From Lentimicrobium sp. (GTDB taxonomy: Bacteria > Bacteroidota > Bacteroidia > Bacteroidales > Lentimicrobiaceae): 64,000 nt of DNA. Shown here piece after piece: positions 19,417-30,152 of the stretch. The stretch lies in NCBI RefSeq assembly GCF_023957275.1, contig NZ_JAMLHF010000004.1, one strand, 5' to 3'. A model generated the notes under the pieces. That model ran no database searches, was not told the DNA's origin, and was given only the letters and a program-made list of their open reading frames with translations. Each line of letters begins with the position of its first letter. Position 1 is the first letter of the stretch. Both the position numbers and the translations under genes were made by a program.

Positions 19417-20682
19417 CTAAATAAGCCTTCTGAGTTTGATAATCGTCTTGATTTCCTTGCCATCCCTGGAGAAAACCATGTTTACGGTATTTCCTTCACG
19501 CGTACTGAGGATATGATTCAGTTCGCCCAGCGTGAGGCCGAAAACGGGCTTTCCGTTGATATACAGCAATAAATCTCCCACCCTGATTCCGGCTTTATCG
19601 CCGGGAGAGCCTTTGATAATTTCGCTCACTTCAAAGATACTAAAGCCTGTACCCAACGCCCTGAAGGTAATTCCGCTCATATTGTATTCGAAAGGCTGTT
19701 TGAATTTCAGGCCTTTCTGCAGAATCATCCGCTGGTTGCTGTAATCAAACGTAACCTTGAATCTTCCCAGTGAACCGGCCCCGAGCGTTCCGTTTCTGTG
19801 TAACCGGGAATTCAGATTCCATGGCATATAACTATCAGAAAAGGAACTAATTACATTGTCGAGTCGGTAGTTGCCGAGCATCAGCCAGCCAATTCTGGCA
19901 AAACTTCCGTGAATATTTCCGGCCAGCCCTTTCCCGATTATGGCATCAAGGTATTTTTCCGGCTTATAGCCGTCAAGGCTGTCGTATTCCAGCAATAAGG
20001 GGTGATTTGCCCCTGAGTCAATCATCAGCCAGAGGTCCATAATCCTGCCGTTGTCGAACTCTACCCGGGCGGTCATATAGGGCTTGCCCCGGCTGATCTG
20101 AAGCGGTATAATTACAGACCTTGCCGGCGGAGAGTAATCAGCGGGCCGGGTAAACTTAATGGTATTTCTGTCGTAATTGGTGGTAACTACCAGATCCCTG
20201 AACTTTTCCATTCCGATCAGGCCGTGCACTCTGGAGCCAATATACTGATCAAGTGAGAAGTAATCTTCACTTAGCAGGATCAGGTTGGTAAACATGGGCT
20301 CCAACCGCCCGGTTTTCAGTTTGAAAGGACGTGTTACACAGGCTTCCAGCATATCGGGTGAGCCGGGAGCCGACAACATAAACGTTCTGATGCATTGACT
20401 TTCCAGCAAAGAAGTGATTCCGGTATTGGTGATAATAACTCCCTCAACCCCGCTGTCGAGCAGCAGCCTCACAGGAATGGAATCATTGATGATCAGCTCA
20501 ATAACAACAAGGTTGTCATAGTTGGAGAATGGAATGGTAACCTTGTTTTTCCTTTCCGGAAGGCTGAAATAGTTGAATTGCCCGCTGGCTCCGTTTCCGG
20601 CTATAAGGAAAAGGAGTAGTAAAAGAAGTTTATTTAAGGTTCTGGTTTGCACAGGAGCCGGGACAAAGTTTTTGAGAAACAT
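19417..20682 (-). CDS. Aspartyl protease family protein with C-terminal PDZ domain
   Basis: Two LLDSG/MIDSG aspartic-protease half-sites, NGTLG, and a PDZ-like C-terminus (SPGDKAGIRVGDLL). Confidence 0.8.
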   Translation of the reverse strand: MFLKNFVPAPVQTRTLNKLLLLLLFLIAGNGASGQFNYFSLPERKNKVTIPFSNYDNLVVIELIINDSIPVRLLLDSGVEGVIITNTGITSLLESQCIRTFMLSAPGSPDMLEACVTRPFKLKTGRLEPMFTNLILLSEDYFSLDQYIGSRVHGLIGMEKFRDLVVTTNYDRNTIKFTRPADYSPPARSVIIPLQISRGKPYMTARVEFDNGRIMDLWLMIDSGANHPLLLEYDSLDGYKPEKYLDAIIGKGLAGNIHGSFARIGWLMLGNYRLDNVISSFSDSYMPWNLNSRLHRNGTLGAGSLGRFKVTFDYSNQRMILQKGLKFKQPFEYNMSGITFRALGTGFSIFEVSEIIKGSPGDKAGIRVGDLLLYINGKPVFGLTLGELNHILSTREGNTVNMVFSRDGKEIKTIIKLRRLI

Positions 20683-20789
20683 AATAACAACTAAAATAAA
20701 AAAAAAGTGTCAGGGGCAGGATGATAGGCTTAATAAAATTAATTTTGCAAAACAGAATAGCGGTTTATATGCATGTAACCTGAATTAAA

Positions 20790-22514
20790 ATGAAAAGCGC
20801 TGCTTCAGATATTATCCGTAGTTTATGGAATGAGCTTTACCCTGATCCCATTGATGCATCAGGCCTTGATGCCCTGCTGGCCGAGCTGAATCATGCAAGG
20901 AATACCCTGGCATTCGACCCGCAGCCGGAAGGGTGGTACAAAGATGCCGTGGTTTATGCGCTGTATGTTGACTTTTTTAACAACACTTTTGACGGGCTGG
21001 TTGAGAAACTCGGTCAGCTTCAGGAGTTGGGAGTAAATTGTCTATGGTTGTTGCCCATTCTTGATTCACCCATGCGCGACGCGGGTTTTGATATCAGGGA
21101 TTACCGGAACATCAGAGCCGGTTTGCTGGGTTTGCCGGCTGATACGCCCGTTGAGGTTAAGCAGCGCGCTTTCCGTGATTTTCTTGAAAAGGCGCATAAC
21201 AGAGGCATCAAAGTGATCTTCGATATCGCGATGAACCACACTTCGGAGGAGCATCCCTGGTTTATCGAATCCCGCAAAGGGCCTGACAATCCTTACCGCG
21301 ATTATTACATCTGGAATAAGGATACCGATAAATACAAGGAAACCCGTCTGTTATTCAAAGGTATGTGCCCCAGCAACTGGGAAAAGGATGGGGAATGGTA
21401 TTATTTCCATCGCTTTTTCGAGTTTCAGCCCGATCTGAATTACCGGAATCCGGAAGTGCTTGCCGAGGTCTGTCGTATACTTGTTTTCTGGCTTAGTCAG
21501 GGACTGGATGGATTCAGAGCGGATGCAATTCCTTATATCTGGAAAGAGGATGGGACTAATTGTGAGAATTTGCCTAAGACCCATACCATAATCAAAATTT
21601 TCAGGGCTGTGCTTGATTTTGTGCGGCCCAATACCCTGTTGCTTGCAGAGGCCTGCCAGCCGCCGGCCGAAGTGGTCAGATATTTTGGCGATGGCGATGA
21701 ATGCCATGCCGGCTATCATTTTCCGCTGATGCCAATGATTTTCAAGTCACTGGCAATCAGCGATGCCAGGCCAGTGCAACATGTGTTGCATCCCTCCGTT
21801 ACACCTGAAATCGGGCAGGATAATCAGTGGTTTATGTTTCTGCGCTTGCACGATGAACTCACGCTTGAGATGGTAACGCCGGAAGACCGCGCGCTGATCC
21901 ACGGGCATTATTGCAAAGACCCGCGCTGGGATTTCAGGGTAGGGGAAGGAATTTCTGCCAGGCTTTCAGAACTGCTCGACAGGGATCACCGTAAGATAGG
22001 ACTCGCATACAGCATCATGCTGACCCTGCCCGGCACACCCATCATTTATTACGGTGATGAGTATGCCCGGTTAAATGATGAAGCCTTTTATGCCCGTTTT
22101 AAAAAGGAAACCGGCAAGGACGATACCCGCTATTTCGTGCGCGGGCCCATGCAATGGGAAAAAATTGAAAATGAACTTGCCGATAAAGATTCACTTACCT
22201 TTAAAGTTAACCGGCTTATCCGGGAGCAGTTGAGGGTAAGACGTGGCGTGCAGGCGTTCGGCAGAGGCAGTATGAACTTTGCAAATGTTACAACTACGCA
22301 TACTCCGGGGGCTGAGAATCAGGTACTTTCCTATTTCAGGGCTGCAGGAGAAGAACGCATCCTTGTACTCAATAACCTTACTGCAGGGGAACTGACCATT
22401 GATCAGATCAACGGAGAAAACATAAAGGGACATGACATGTTTACCGGCGATGAGGTACAGACCCCGATAGTGCTGAAACCTTTTGAATTCCGATGGATAA
22501 ATGTCAAAGCATAG
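20790..22514 (+). CDS. GH13 trehalose synthase/amylosucrase-like transglucosidase (TreS-like)
   Basis: WYKDAVVY, RDAGFDI, NHTS..HPWF, QPDLN, GFRADA, EACQ and LRLHDELTLE. Confidence 0.8.
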   Translation: MKSAASDIIRSLWNELYPDPIDASGLDALLAELNHARNTLAFDPQPEGWYKDAVVYALYVDFFNNTFDGLVEKLGQLQELGVNCLWLLPILDSPMRDAGFDIRDYRNIRAGLLGLPADTPVEVKQRAFRDFLEKAHNRGIKVIFDIAMNHTSEEHPWFIESRKGPDNPYRDYYIWNKDTDKYKETRLLFKGMCPSNWEKDGEWYYFHRFFEFQPDLNYRNPEVLAEVCRILVFWLSQGLDGFRADAIPYIWKEDGTNCENLPKTHTIIKIFRAVLDFVRPNTLLLAEACQPPAEVVRYFGDGDECHAGYHFPLMPMIFKSLAISDARPVQHVLHPSVTPEIGQDNQWFMFLRLHDELTLEMVTPEDRALIHGHYCKDPRWDFRVGEGISARLSELLDRDHRKIGLAYSIMLTLPGTPIIYYGDEYARLNDEAFYARFKKETGKDDTRYFVRGPMQWEKIENELADKDSLTFKVNRLIREQLRVRRGVQAFGRGSMNFANVTTTHTPGAENQVLSYFRAAGEERILVLNNLTAGELTIDQINGENIKGHDMFTGDEVQTPIVLKPFEFRWINVKA

Positions 22515-22581
22515 CCTGCCGGCTCTGGCAGGATGGCGCAATATCAGATTTGATTCATTGTAAAACCTAATCATCATCAAT

Positions 22582-23535
22582 ATGTCAAACGCAATTACAA
22601 AAACCAGCTTTAAGCTTCCCGGTCAGACCAATCTTTATGTTGGTAAAGTCCGTGACGTGTATCACATTAAGGATGAATTACTTATAATGGTTACTACAGA
22701 CCGGATTTCTGCGTTTGATGTAGTGCTCCCCCGGGGAATCCCATACAAGGGACAGGTGCTTAACCAGATTGCCGCGAAGTTCCTGGACGCAACGGAAGAT
22801 ATCCTCCCGAACTGGAAAATAGCCATACCTGATCCAATGGTCACCGTGGGTCGCCTTTGCGAACCCTTTAAGGTTGAGATGGTTATCCGAGGTTATTTAT
22901 CGGGGCATGCCTGGCGCGAGTACAAAGAAGGGAAGCGTTTGATCTGCGGGGTGCCTATGCCCGACGGAATGAAAGAAAATGACAGGTTCCCCGAACCCAT
23001 CATTACACCTACGACCAAAGCATCTGTAGGACATGATGAGGATATTTCGAGAGAGGAAATCCTGAGGCAGGGACTTGTTGAAGAAGCTGAGTACCTGAAG
23101 CTGGAAGACTATACCCGGAAGCTGTATCAGCGCGGCACTGAAATGGCCGCACACATGGGCCTGATCCTTGTTGATACAAAGTATGAGTTCGGAAAGGATG
23201 GAGATGAAATTTACCTGATTGATGAAATTCACACCCCTGATTCTTCAAGGTATTTCTACCTGGAGGGTTATGAAAGAAGACAGGCCGCCGGTGAATCACA
23301 GAAGCAATTGTCAAAGGAATTTGTACGTGAATGGTTGATAGCCAATAATTTTCAGGGTAAGGAAGGGCAGGTAATGCCGGAAATGACCGATCTGTTTGTA
23401 AATCAGGTTTCTGAAAGATATATTGAACTTTATGAAAGTATTACCGGTTCAAAATTTGAGCGGGCTGATATTTCTGATGTACTGACCAGGGTCGAACAGA
23501 ACATCCTGAAGTTCATTACTGCATATTACAGATAG
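22582..23535 (+). CDS. purC: SAICAR synthase
   Basis: [37 protein letters not shown] and QLSKEFVR. Confidence 0.97.
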   Translation: MSNAITKTSFKLPGQTNLYVGKVRDVYHIKDELLIMVTTDRISAFDVVLPRGIPYKGQVLNQIAAKFLDATEDILPNWKIAIPDPMVTVGRLCEPFKVEMVIRGYLSGHAWREYKEGKRLICGVPMPDGMKENDRFPEPIITPTTKASVGHDEDISREEILRQGLVEEAEYLKLEDYTRKLYQRGTEMAAHMGLILVDTKYEFGKDGDEIYLIDEIHTPDSSRYFYLEGYERRQAAGESQKQLSKEFVREWLIANNFQGKEGQVMPEMTDLFVNQVSERYIELYESITGSKFERADISDVLTRVEQNILKFITAYYR

Positions 23536-23634
23536 TTTTTGTAATGTCCACCGCTTTTTCCCGGATTACAGGCCACTGGTCTGATCCGGGTTTTTCTTTA
23601 ATAACAGGATTGATCAGGGATCTTTTACCAGTAT

Positions 23635-24510
23635 TCAGATTAATGCAGTCCTCAGGTGGTCAATTTCCCGGGCCCGTTCTGCTTCTCCGGAAGCAGCCAG
23701 AAGATAGGAAAGCAGTTCAAACAATTTACTGATAACAAACCTGGGGGCTACAGGTCTGAAAAACATATCATCCGGCGATAGCTTGAGCCGGCGGAGCAGG
23801 GTTACAATTTCATTTCGGGTAAAGATACCGCCCTTATTCTCGGGGTTGATGTAAAACATGACCCTTGCAGGCTCATCAGGTGATTTTTCTGTCTCATCAA
23901 GCCAGGCCATTACAAACCGTTCTCCGGGTAGCAGAATGCTGCGTACCGGTAAATCAAGGCTTTGGGCAAGCAGGGTATATAGAATCCCGATGGAGATGGC
24001 ATATCCGCTGCGGGTCTCGAGGAGATTGTTAAGGAAAAGATAACGGGGCTCCGTGGTTTGCCTTGATGGCAACTGAAATTTGTGCAGGTCGAAGATGATG
24101 TGGTTGAGCACCTTTACTTTTTCGAGGGCTGTGAGGCTGCTGTTCAGTTCCAGCCAGATATCCCGCCGTATGTCATGCAATTGGCTTTTGACTTCTTCAG
24201 CATCCATGTTCTGATACTGATAGCGGGTAAAGAGCAGGTATCCTTCCAGCAGGTTGTCATTTCTGAAATGTGCCCAGTTTGTGAGATCGAGGTAAAGCTG
24301 GTTGTATTGTATGCTATGGATTATGTCCTCTATTCTTTTCTGAAGTAAACTGTCGAAGGTGCTTTCCCAGGCAGACTCCAGAAAAGGTACTGCCTGGCTC
24401 CCATAGGCAAAGATACGGTCGCGGACCTGCGTAAATGCTTGCTGGTCAGGTTCGTCGAGCAGACTGATCAAAGCCTGGAGCTGAGGGTCTTTTCCTTGCG
24501 GCTGATCCAT
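23635..24510 (-). CDS. Transglutaminase-like/SirB1 family protein
   Basis: ALISLLDEPD N-terminus, LEKVKVLNHI, SGYAISIGILY and FYINP; ATG 24510 preferred. Confidence 0.7.
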   Translation of the reverse strand: MDQPQGKDPQLQALISLLDEPDQQAFTQVRDRIFAYGSQAVPFLESAWESTFDSLLQKRIEDIIHSIQYNQLYLDLTNWAHFRNDNLLEGYLLFTRYQYQNMDAEEVKSQLHDIRRDIWLELNSSLTALEKVKVLNHIIFDLHKFQLPSRQTTEPRYLFLNNLLETRSGYAISIGILYTLLAQSLDLPVRSILLPGERFVMAWLDETEKSPDEPARVMFYINPENKGGIFTRNEIVTLLRRLKLSPDDMFFRPVAPRFVISKLFELLSYLLAASGEAERAREIDHLRTALI

Positions 24511-24630
24511 TGGCCGGTAAATATTTTCAGGTACAAAGATCGGCATAATTCTGCTGTCCGATCGGTTAATTTATCAACATAGTTTTGATTTCATAACTGT
24601 CAATCAGCAATTTGATGCTTCATGCCTGTT

Positions 24631-25518
24631 TCAGCCCGGATCAGGTAAATCCGTGATGGATTCAAGAACCGTACTGATAAGTTGTTCCATGGTTTTGTGA
24701 TAGTCTTTGCTGTATTGTTTTGCCATCCGGTTGGCAACAATGGCGCATATGGTAAGCGTGTTGTGGCCTAAAAGTTTTCCCAGTCCGTATAGAGCGGATG
24801 TTTCCATCTCAAAGTTGGCCACTTTCATTCCGTTATATTCAAAGCCGGCAATGGCTTGATTCAGATCGGGATGCGTTGTGGCAAGCCTGAGCCTGCGACC
24901 TTGTGGTCCGTAGAATCCGGGGGCTGTGGCTGTCATCCCTTTGGTGAATTTACGCCCCATAATATTCAGAAGCTTGTTTGAGGCTCCCACCACATAAGGC
25001 CGCGGAAAGTTCTGATCCCATCGGGTTTGACTGATAAATGCCCTGGTAAGTGGTTGGTCGATAATTATTTGTGAATCAAGGTAATAGTATAGCATCCCGT
25101 CAAGGCCGATACCATGCGTGGAAACAATGGCCGTATCAACCGGGATATCCTGCTGCAAGGCCCCCGATGTACCCAGACGGATAATGTTCAGCGAAACATG
25201 CTTATCTCTGACTTCCCGCCTTTTAAGGTCTATATTGAAGAGGGCATCAATTTCATTGAGCACAATGTCAATATTGTCGGTGCCCATTCCGGTCGACAAA
25301 ACGGAAATTCTTTTTCCGCCGATACTTCCGGTGTGGGTGCAGATCTCACGGTTCTGGCGCGTGAGTTCAATATGGTCGAAATGCCTGGAAATCAATGGTA
25401 CTCTGCCCGGATCGCCCACTATGATAATGTCGGACGCCAGTTCACCGGGTTTGAGATTGAGATGGTAAATACTGCCGTCGGGGTTTATGATCAATTCTGA
25501 AGCACCTATCTGAGCCAT
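24631..25518 (-). CDS. Uridine/nucleoside phosphorylase (PNP_UDP_1 family)
   Basis: IYHLNL, VGDPGRV, STGMGTDN, RLGTSG, GFYGPQGR and NFEMETS. Confidence 0.9.
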   Translation of the reverse strand: MAQIGASELIINPDGSIYHLNLKPGELASDIIIVGDPGRVPLISRHFDHIELTRQNREICTHTGSIGGKRISVLSTGMGTDNIDIVLNEIDALFNIDLKRREVRDKHVSLNIIRLGTSGALQQDIPVDTAIVSTHGIGLDGMLYYYLDSQIIIDQPLTRAFISQTRWDQNFPRPYVVGASNKLLNIMGRKFTKGMTATAPGFYGPQGRRLRLATTHPDLNQAIAGFEYNGMKVANFEMETSALYGLGKLLGHNTLTICAIVANRMAKQYSKDYHKTMEQLISTVLESITDLPDPG

Positions 25519-25598
25519 ACCTGAGGTTTGTTTGTTTATTGCTGTGACAGACTTACATTTGCATTGTTAATACAAATGTAGGCAATAATCCTGAAGCT

Positions 25599-26477
25599 AT
25601 GAATAACATACTCGTTCCATACGATTTCGATCCGCAGACCGATCTGGCTTTTGACCAGGCCATCCACCTGGCCCGGCATACAAAAAGCAGCATTACCTTG
25701 TTATATGTTCATGAACAACAGGGCTTTTTATCCTCTTTGTTCAGCCAGGAACAGAATGAAGAAATGCTGGAGAAGATCAGTGATCAAATGGATGCAGTGG
25801 CTGCGAATATGTCATTCAGGAGTGGGGTTGATATCAGCGTCAGACTCGAAGTCGGAAGGGTATATTCAGTTATTGTGGATGTTGCCGGGGAGACGGGGGC
25901 TGAATTTATTGTAATGGGAACCAGAAGCTTTGAATCATCTGCGCGCGACAGCAACCGAATGGCCGGGGCCAACACCTCCAGGGTCATCCGGGCGGCTCAT
26001 TGCCCGGTGATTACCATCGGGGGACGAACACACTACGATGGCTGCCGGACCATTTTGCTGCCTTTGGATCATCACGCCGAAACCGGTCAGAAGGTTAAGT
26101 GGGCAATTAAACTTGCCGGCATTTACGGGGCACAGGTCAGGGTGGTCGGCGCAATGAGTATGGAACAAAAGGAAAGAGTCAGGGAAAAGATCCGGCGACA
26201 GGTTGTAAGCGTGCACGATCAGATTAAAAATGCCGGAATAGGCTGTGAAGCTGAAGTGCTCGAAGTGCAGGCCGCCGAGAAGGATATTGTGGCCTCTTTG
26301 CTGAATTATGCCCAGTCAAAAGGGGATATTGACCTTATCATTATTATGACTCAGCAGGAGTCGGCAATTGTGGAGTTCTTTGTTGATTCAAGTGCGCAGG
26401 AGTTTATCAGGCGGTCTGATATTCCGGTTATGTCTGTGGTCCCGAAAGAGTCTGCCGGTAAAATATCCGGGGAATAA
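25599..26477 (+). CDS. Universal stress protein (tandem USP domains)
   Basis: ILVPYDF, FIVMGT and AGANTSRVIRAAHCPVITI; second USP domain follows. Confidence 0.88.
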   Translation: MNNILVPYDFDPQTDLAFDQAIHLARHTKSSITLLYVHEQQGFLSSLFSQEQNEEMLEKISDQMDAVAANMSFRSGVDISVRLEVGRVYSVIVDVAGETGAEFIVMGTRSFESSARDSNRMAGANTSRVIRAAHCPVITIGGRTHYDGCRTILLPLDHHAETGQKVKWAIKLAGIYGAQVRVVGAMSMEQKERVREKIRRQVVSVHDQIKNAGIGCEAEVLEVQAAEKDIVASLLNYAQSKGDIDLIIIMTQQESAIVEFFVDSSAQEFIRRSDIPVMSVVPKESAGKISGE

Positions 26478-26553
26478 CCGATAATTCATTAAATTTGCTT
26501 TAAGGCTGCCGGTAAGCAGGTATTATGCCGAACATTATAAAAAAACACATTCC

Positions 26554-26961
26554 ATGAAAAGAAAGATCATTTTAATTGCAGGGTTTATTGTCGTTATCCT
26601 TCTGGCCATATTCTTCTGGTGGAGGTATTACTTTGTGTTTGGTGAAGGCGTGAAGGCAGGCACCCTCAATTTCGTTGTCAGAAAAGGCTATATTTTCAAA
26701 ACATGGGAAGGCCGGTTGATTCAGGAAGGCTTTAAAACGCCGCTGCCCGGAGCCATGCAAAGCAATGAATTTGAGTTCAGTATTACCAACGACAGCATTG
26801 CTGCCGTGCTGGAACGCAGCGGCGGCCGCTTTGTTGAACTGCGCTACAGGGAGTATCTCCATCCGTTGCCCTGGAGGGGGATGAGCAATTATGTGGTAAT
26901 CGAAATCCTCGAAGTGCAGGATGTGCCTGCCCGTCCGGGCAACATTCCATATGGTGAATAA
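26554..26961 (+). CDS. Small membrane-anchored protein of unknown function
   Basis: N-terminal TM helix and GVKAGTL..RKGYIFKTWEG motif; TAAATTTG promoter element at 26490-26497. Confidence 0.75.
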   Translation: MKRKIILIAGFIVVILLAIFFWWRYYFVFGEGVKAGTLNFVVRKGYIFKTWEGRLIQEGFKTPLPGAMQSNEFEFSITNDSIAAVLERSGGRFVELRYREYLHPLPWRGMSNYVVIEILEVQDVPARPGNIPYGE

Positions 26962-26984
26962 TTAAATATATCAATTGAACTGAC

Positions 26985-28298
26985 ATGAGTGTAATCAAGC
27001 AGTTGCTTCATTATCTTAATCTTGAGAGCGAGGTCGAGGATTTTGATAAGATTCACCAGACAATTGAGAAGGATATAATTTTCAAAGGAACGAATCTGTG
27101 GATCCTGATTTTTGCAATCATTGTTGCTTCCGTAGGGTTGAATATGAACTCCACTGCGGTAATCATCGGTGCCATGCTGATCTCTCCATTGATGGGCCCG
27201 ATTAACGGAATAGGCTATTCTGTAGCCACCTACAATTTTCCGTTATTCCGTACGGCCATCAAAAACCTGGGGTTTGCCGTCGCCGCAGGACTTACCGCAT
27301 CCACAGGCTACTTTGCCCTGAGCCCTGTTTCAACTGCGCATTCCGAACTGCTTGCACGCACAAGTCCGACCATCTATGATGTGCTGATCGCTTTGTTTGG
27401 CGGCCTTTCCGGAATCGTTGCCATCAGCAGCAAGCAAAAGGGAAATGTAATACCCGGCGTGGCCATTGCCACAGCCCTGATGCCGCCACTCTGCACTGCA
27501 GGCTATGGCCTGGCCACCGCACAGTTTCAGTTTTTCTTCGGTGCCTTTTATCTTTTTACGATCAATACCGTTTTTATTGCCATTGCGGCGATGGTGGTTT
27601 CACAACTGCTGAAGTTTCCTATTATTACCCTTGCAAGCGAATCACACAAAAAGCGTGTGAACCATTGGATATCCCTGGTTATTGCGATTACCATACTGCC
27701 AAGCATCTATTTCGGATATGGTTTGGTTCAGAAAGAGCGTTTCAATGAAAATGTAGCACGTTTTACTAAAAATGTCAGCGTTTTTGAAGGCAGCTACCTG
27801 CTCAGATACGAAAGTAACCCCGGCACCCGCGAAATAATGATGGTTTATGGAGGAAATACACTTACTGAAGATCACAAACTTATGCTTGAAGAAAAAGCCA
27901 GGGATTTTTCACTCGGAAATGCCACGCTTAACATTCGACAGGGTTTTTCGCTCAACGAGTCGTCAAATTCGGAGGTTGATAACCTGAAACTCGAGATCAG
28001 CCGCCTGAACATGCAGTTGGCTGAATCTGAACGAAAAGCGGATAGTCTTGAAAAAAAGCCGCTTTTGGGAGAAGCGTTGCTGGCTGAACTTAACGCAATA
28101 TTTCCCGAGGTGGTTTCATGCACATATGCCGAAACTTATTTATACACAATGCCTGCACGTGAGCAAAAGCGCGTTGCCCAGGTAGTACTGACGTTTGAAA
28201 ACGGAAATCCGGATCAGGAAAACCGGGATCGTATCATAACCTGGTTGCAGAGACGCCTTGAAACAGATATGGTTCAGGTGCTGTTTGACACCGAATAG
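26985..28298 (+). CDS. DUF389/TIGR00341 family integral membrane protein
   Basis: IASVGLNMNSTAVIIGAMLISPLMGPI, ELLARTSPT and PGVAIATALMPPL. Confidence 0.88.
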   Translation: MSVIKQLLHYLNLESEVEDFDKIHQTIEKDIIFKGTNLWILIFAIIVASVGLNMNSTAVIIGAMLISPLMGPINGIGYSVATYNFPLFRTAIKNLGFAVAAGLTASTGYFALSPVSTAHSELLARTSPTIYDVLIALFGGLSGIVAISSKQKGNVIPGVAIATALMPPLCTAGYGLATAQFQFFFGAFYLFTINTVFIAIAAMVVSQLLKFPIITLASESHKKRVNHWISLVIAITILPSIYFGYGLVQKERFNENVARFTKNVSVFEGSYLLRYESNPGTREIMMVYGGNTLTEDHKLMLEEKARDFSLGNATLNIRQGFSLNESSNSEVDNLKLEISRLNMQLAESERKADSLEKKPLLGEALLAELNAIFPEVVSCTYAETYLYTMPAREQKRVAQVVLTFENGNPDQENRDRIITWLQRRLETDMVQVLFDTE

Positions 28299-28394
28299 GA
28301 TTGTTTGGTTTCCTCAAGCACCCGGAGTTGTAAAATTGTTCGGGATTGAACCTTATATCATGTCAGGCATGATTCCCGCAGAAAGTTTGGCAAA

Positions 28395-29906
28395 TTACCA
28401 GATAAAGATGTCTTCCCGCTTTTTGGGTCTGCGGTCATCCAGCCAGATAAAATTTTTCAGCAGTAGCTCTTCCTGGCTGAGTTCGCCCTCGGGGTGCAGC
28501 ACAGCCGTGGGTTTTTCGATGTAAATGATCTGCTTTATTTTCCTGTCGCGCAACCTGATACTCATATTGCTGGCGAATGCCTTGTTGATACCGGTCAGGG
28601 TTCCGTCTTCCTCCCTTACCCAGTAAATCGTTTCGGCATTGCCCTCAACCTCGATTTTGATCAGTTCATTGTCAATGAAATAGCCTTTCATGTTCCGCCC
28701 TTTAATCTGGTTGTACCCGCTTCCTAAGGTATCGCTCGAAATGATGAATGCGTTGTTGAACAGCCGGAGTTCTTTTACCTCTTCATTACCGGTAAGGATA
28801 TGAATGGAGTCGGAAGTCATCTGGTTTTCTTCGGTCCATAGCACAGGAGACCTGAGCATGCGCATGGTGCTGTCGCTGAATTTGTATATCAGTGAATCGG
28901 ACATCCCCTGCAGGTCGGTGCGGAAAAACTTTACATGGTAAAAGGCAAAGATCTCTTTGGTTTTCTGAGCTGAATCAAAGGTTGCCCGCAGGGTGTCGGC
29001 ATGCATAAACAACGTGTCCTGATCTTCGATAAACAGGGCCTCGGGCTTTCCGGTGATCAGGGTGTATCCCAGGTCCTTGCGGTAACGGGCATACTGTCCG
29101 AACGAAATCATATTTTGCACGGTATCAATAACCATAATGTTCCTGAAGGCCTCTCCGAAACCATTTGTACGTTCATAATACAGGCTGTCGCCGGTAAGCA
29201 CCTGATCGCCGTTTTTAACCCGTGCATTTTCATCGAATTCAGCAATATCCGTTACGGTGTTGTACCACCCATTCTCTGCATATATATCTGTATCTTCACC
29301 CTTTATGGTAGTTGGCCCTCTGAACCATGAGATTTTGCTTTGGGTATTGTATTGCAGGGTGTCGCAATTCATTACATAATCGGGGTTAGTCAGTACAACA
29401 TGGTCGCGGAAAAAGAAATCCTTACTGTTGGTGTGATAGTAACCCCGTTTGCTGTCAAGGGTATTCTGATCGTTCACAATATGGCCGCCGGTAAGGTAAT
29501 ACGCGATACCTGTATTCCTGTCGTAAATCAGCTTGTCGGTGGTCAGAATGGTTCGGTTGTCGATCAGTTTTACATTATCAAATACTTCTGCAATCCGGGT
29601 TTGCCCGCTGTAATAGATGGAATCTCCGTAAAGATTAAGGGTATCGCTGGATTTAATGTGCACCCTGCTGTATGCTTTCATACTGTTGGTGGCATTGTTC
29701 AGATGCGCGGAATCGCAATAGAGGAATGCTCCTTCGTGCTCAAAAACCGCATTTCCGATAATGCGCTGTACATTTTCACCCAGCGCTTTATTGTAAGCCA
29801 TTACATCCGCCTGCACCAACCGGATTTTTCGGGGTTGCTGGGCAGAAACCATCAGACCGGAAAACAAAAAAATCTGAATCCACAGAAAAGGCAGGCGCAT
29901 CGGCAT
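28395..29906 (-). CDS. OstA/LptA-like periplasmic beta-jellyroll protein
   Basis: Signal peptide, GNAVFEHEGAFLYCDSA and repeated beta-strand motifs (LYGDSIYY, DTLFMHADTL). Confidence 0.8.
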   Translation of the reverse strand: MPMRLPFLWIQIFLFSGLMVSAQQPRKIRLVQADVMAYNKALGENVQRIIGNAVFEHEGAFLYCDSAHLNNATNSMKAYSRVHIKSSDTLNLYGDSIYYSGQTRIAEVFDNVKLIDNRTILTTDKLIYDRNTGIAYYLTGGHIVNDQNTLDSKRGYYHTNSKDFFFRDHVVLTNPDYVMNCDTLQYNTQSKISWFRGPTTIKGEDTDIYAENGWYNTVTDIAEFDENARVKNGDQVLTGDSLYYERTNGFGEAFRNIMVIDTVQNMISFGQYARYRKDLGYTLITGKPEALFIEDQDTLFMHADTLRATFDSAQKTKEIFAFYHVKFFRTDLQGMSDSLIYKFSDSTMRMLRSPVLWTEENQMTSDSIHILTGNEEVKELRLFNNAFIISSDTLGSGYNQIKGRNMKGYFIDNELIKIEVEGNAETIYWVREEDGTLTGINKAFASNMSIRLRDRKIKQIIYIEKPTAVLHPEGELSQEELLLKNFIWLDDRRPKKREDIFIW

Positions 29907-30152
29907 GTTTGCAATTATAACCGCAAAACTATGAAATTATTGCTATGCCGGAACCTTTAAAGTGATAAACCAGGCCGGTATAATCCCGGCAACGCAATTA
30001 ATTTGGCGAAAATACAAACAAGTGATTTCGCCGCTTGTTTATTATTTCACAATATAATGTGATCTTCTTTGAATGTTCAGGATTACCCGCCTCTGTTTCT
30101 TTCTGGTTTTATTGAAAGTATTGATTTATTTATTGTTCAAAAACTTCTGACT

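Noticed and set aside
26554-26961. Label '6-phosphogluconate dehydrogenase', which I recall being propagated to similar proteins
   Set aside because: A 135-aa membrane protein with no Rossmann motif cannot be that enzyme.
29340-29960. 206-aa plus-strand ORF
   Set aside because: Antisense shadow of the OstA-like gene with no recognisable motifs.
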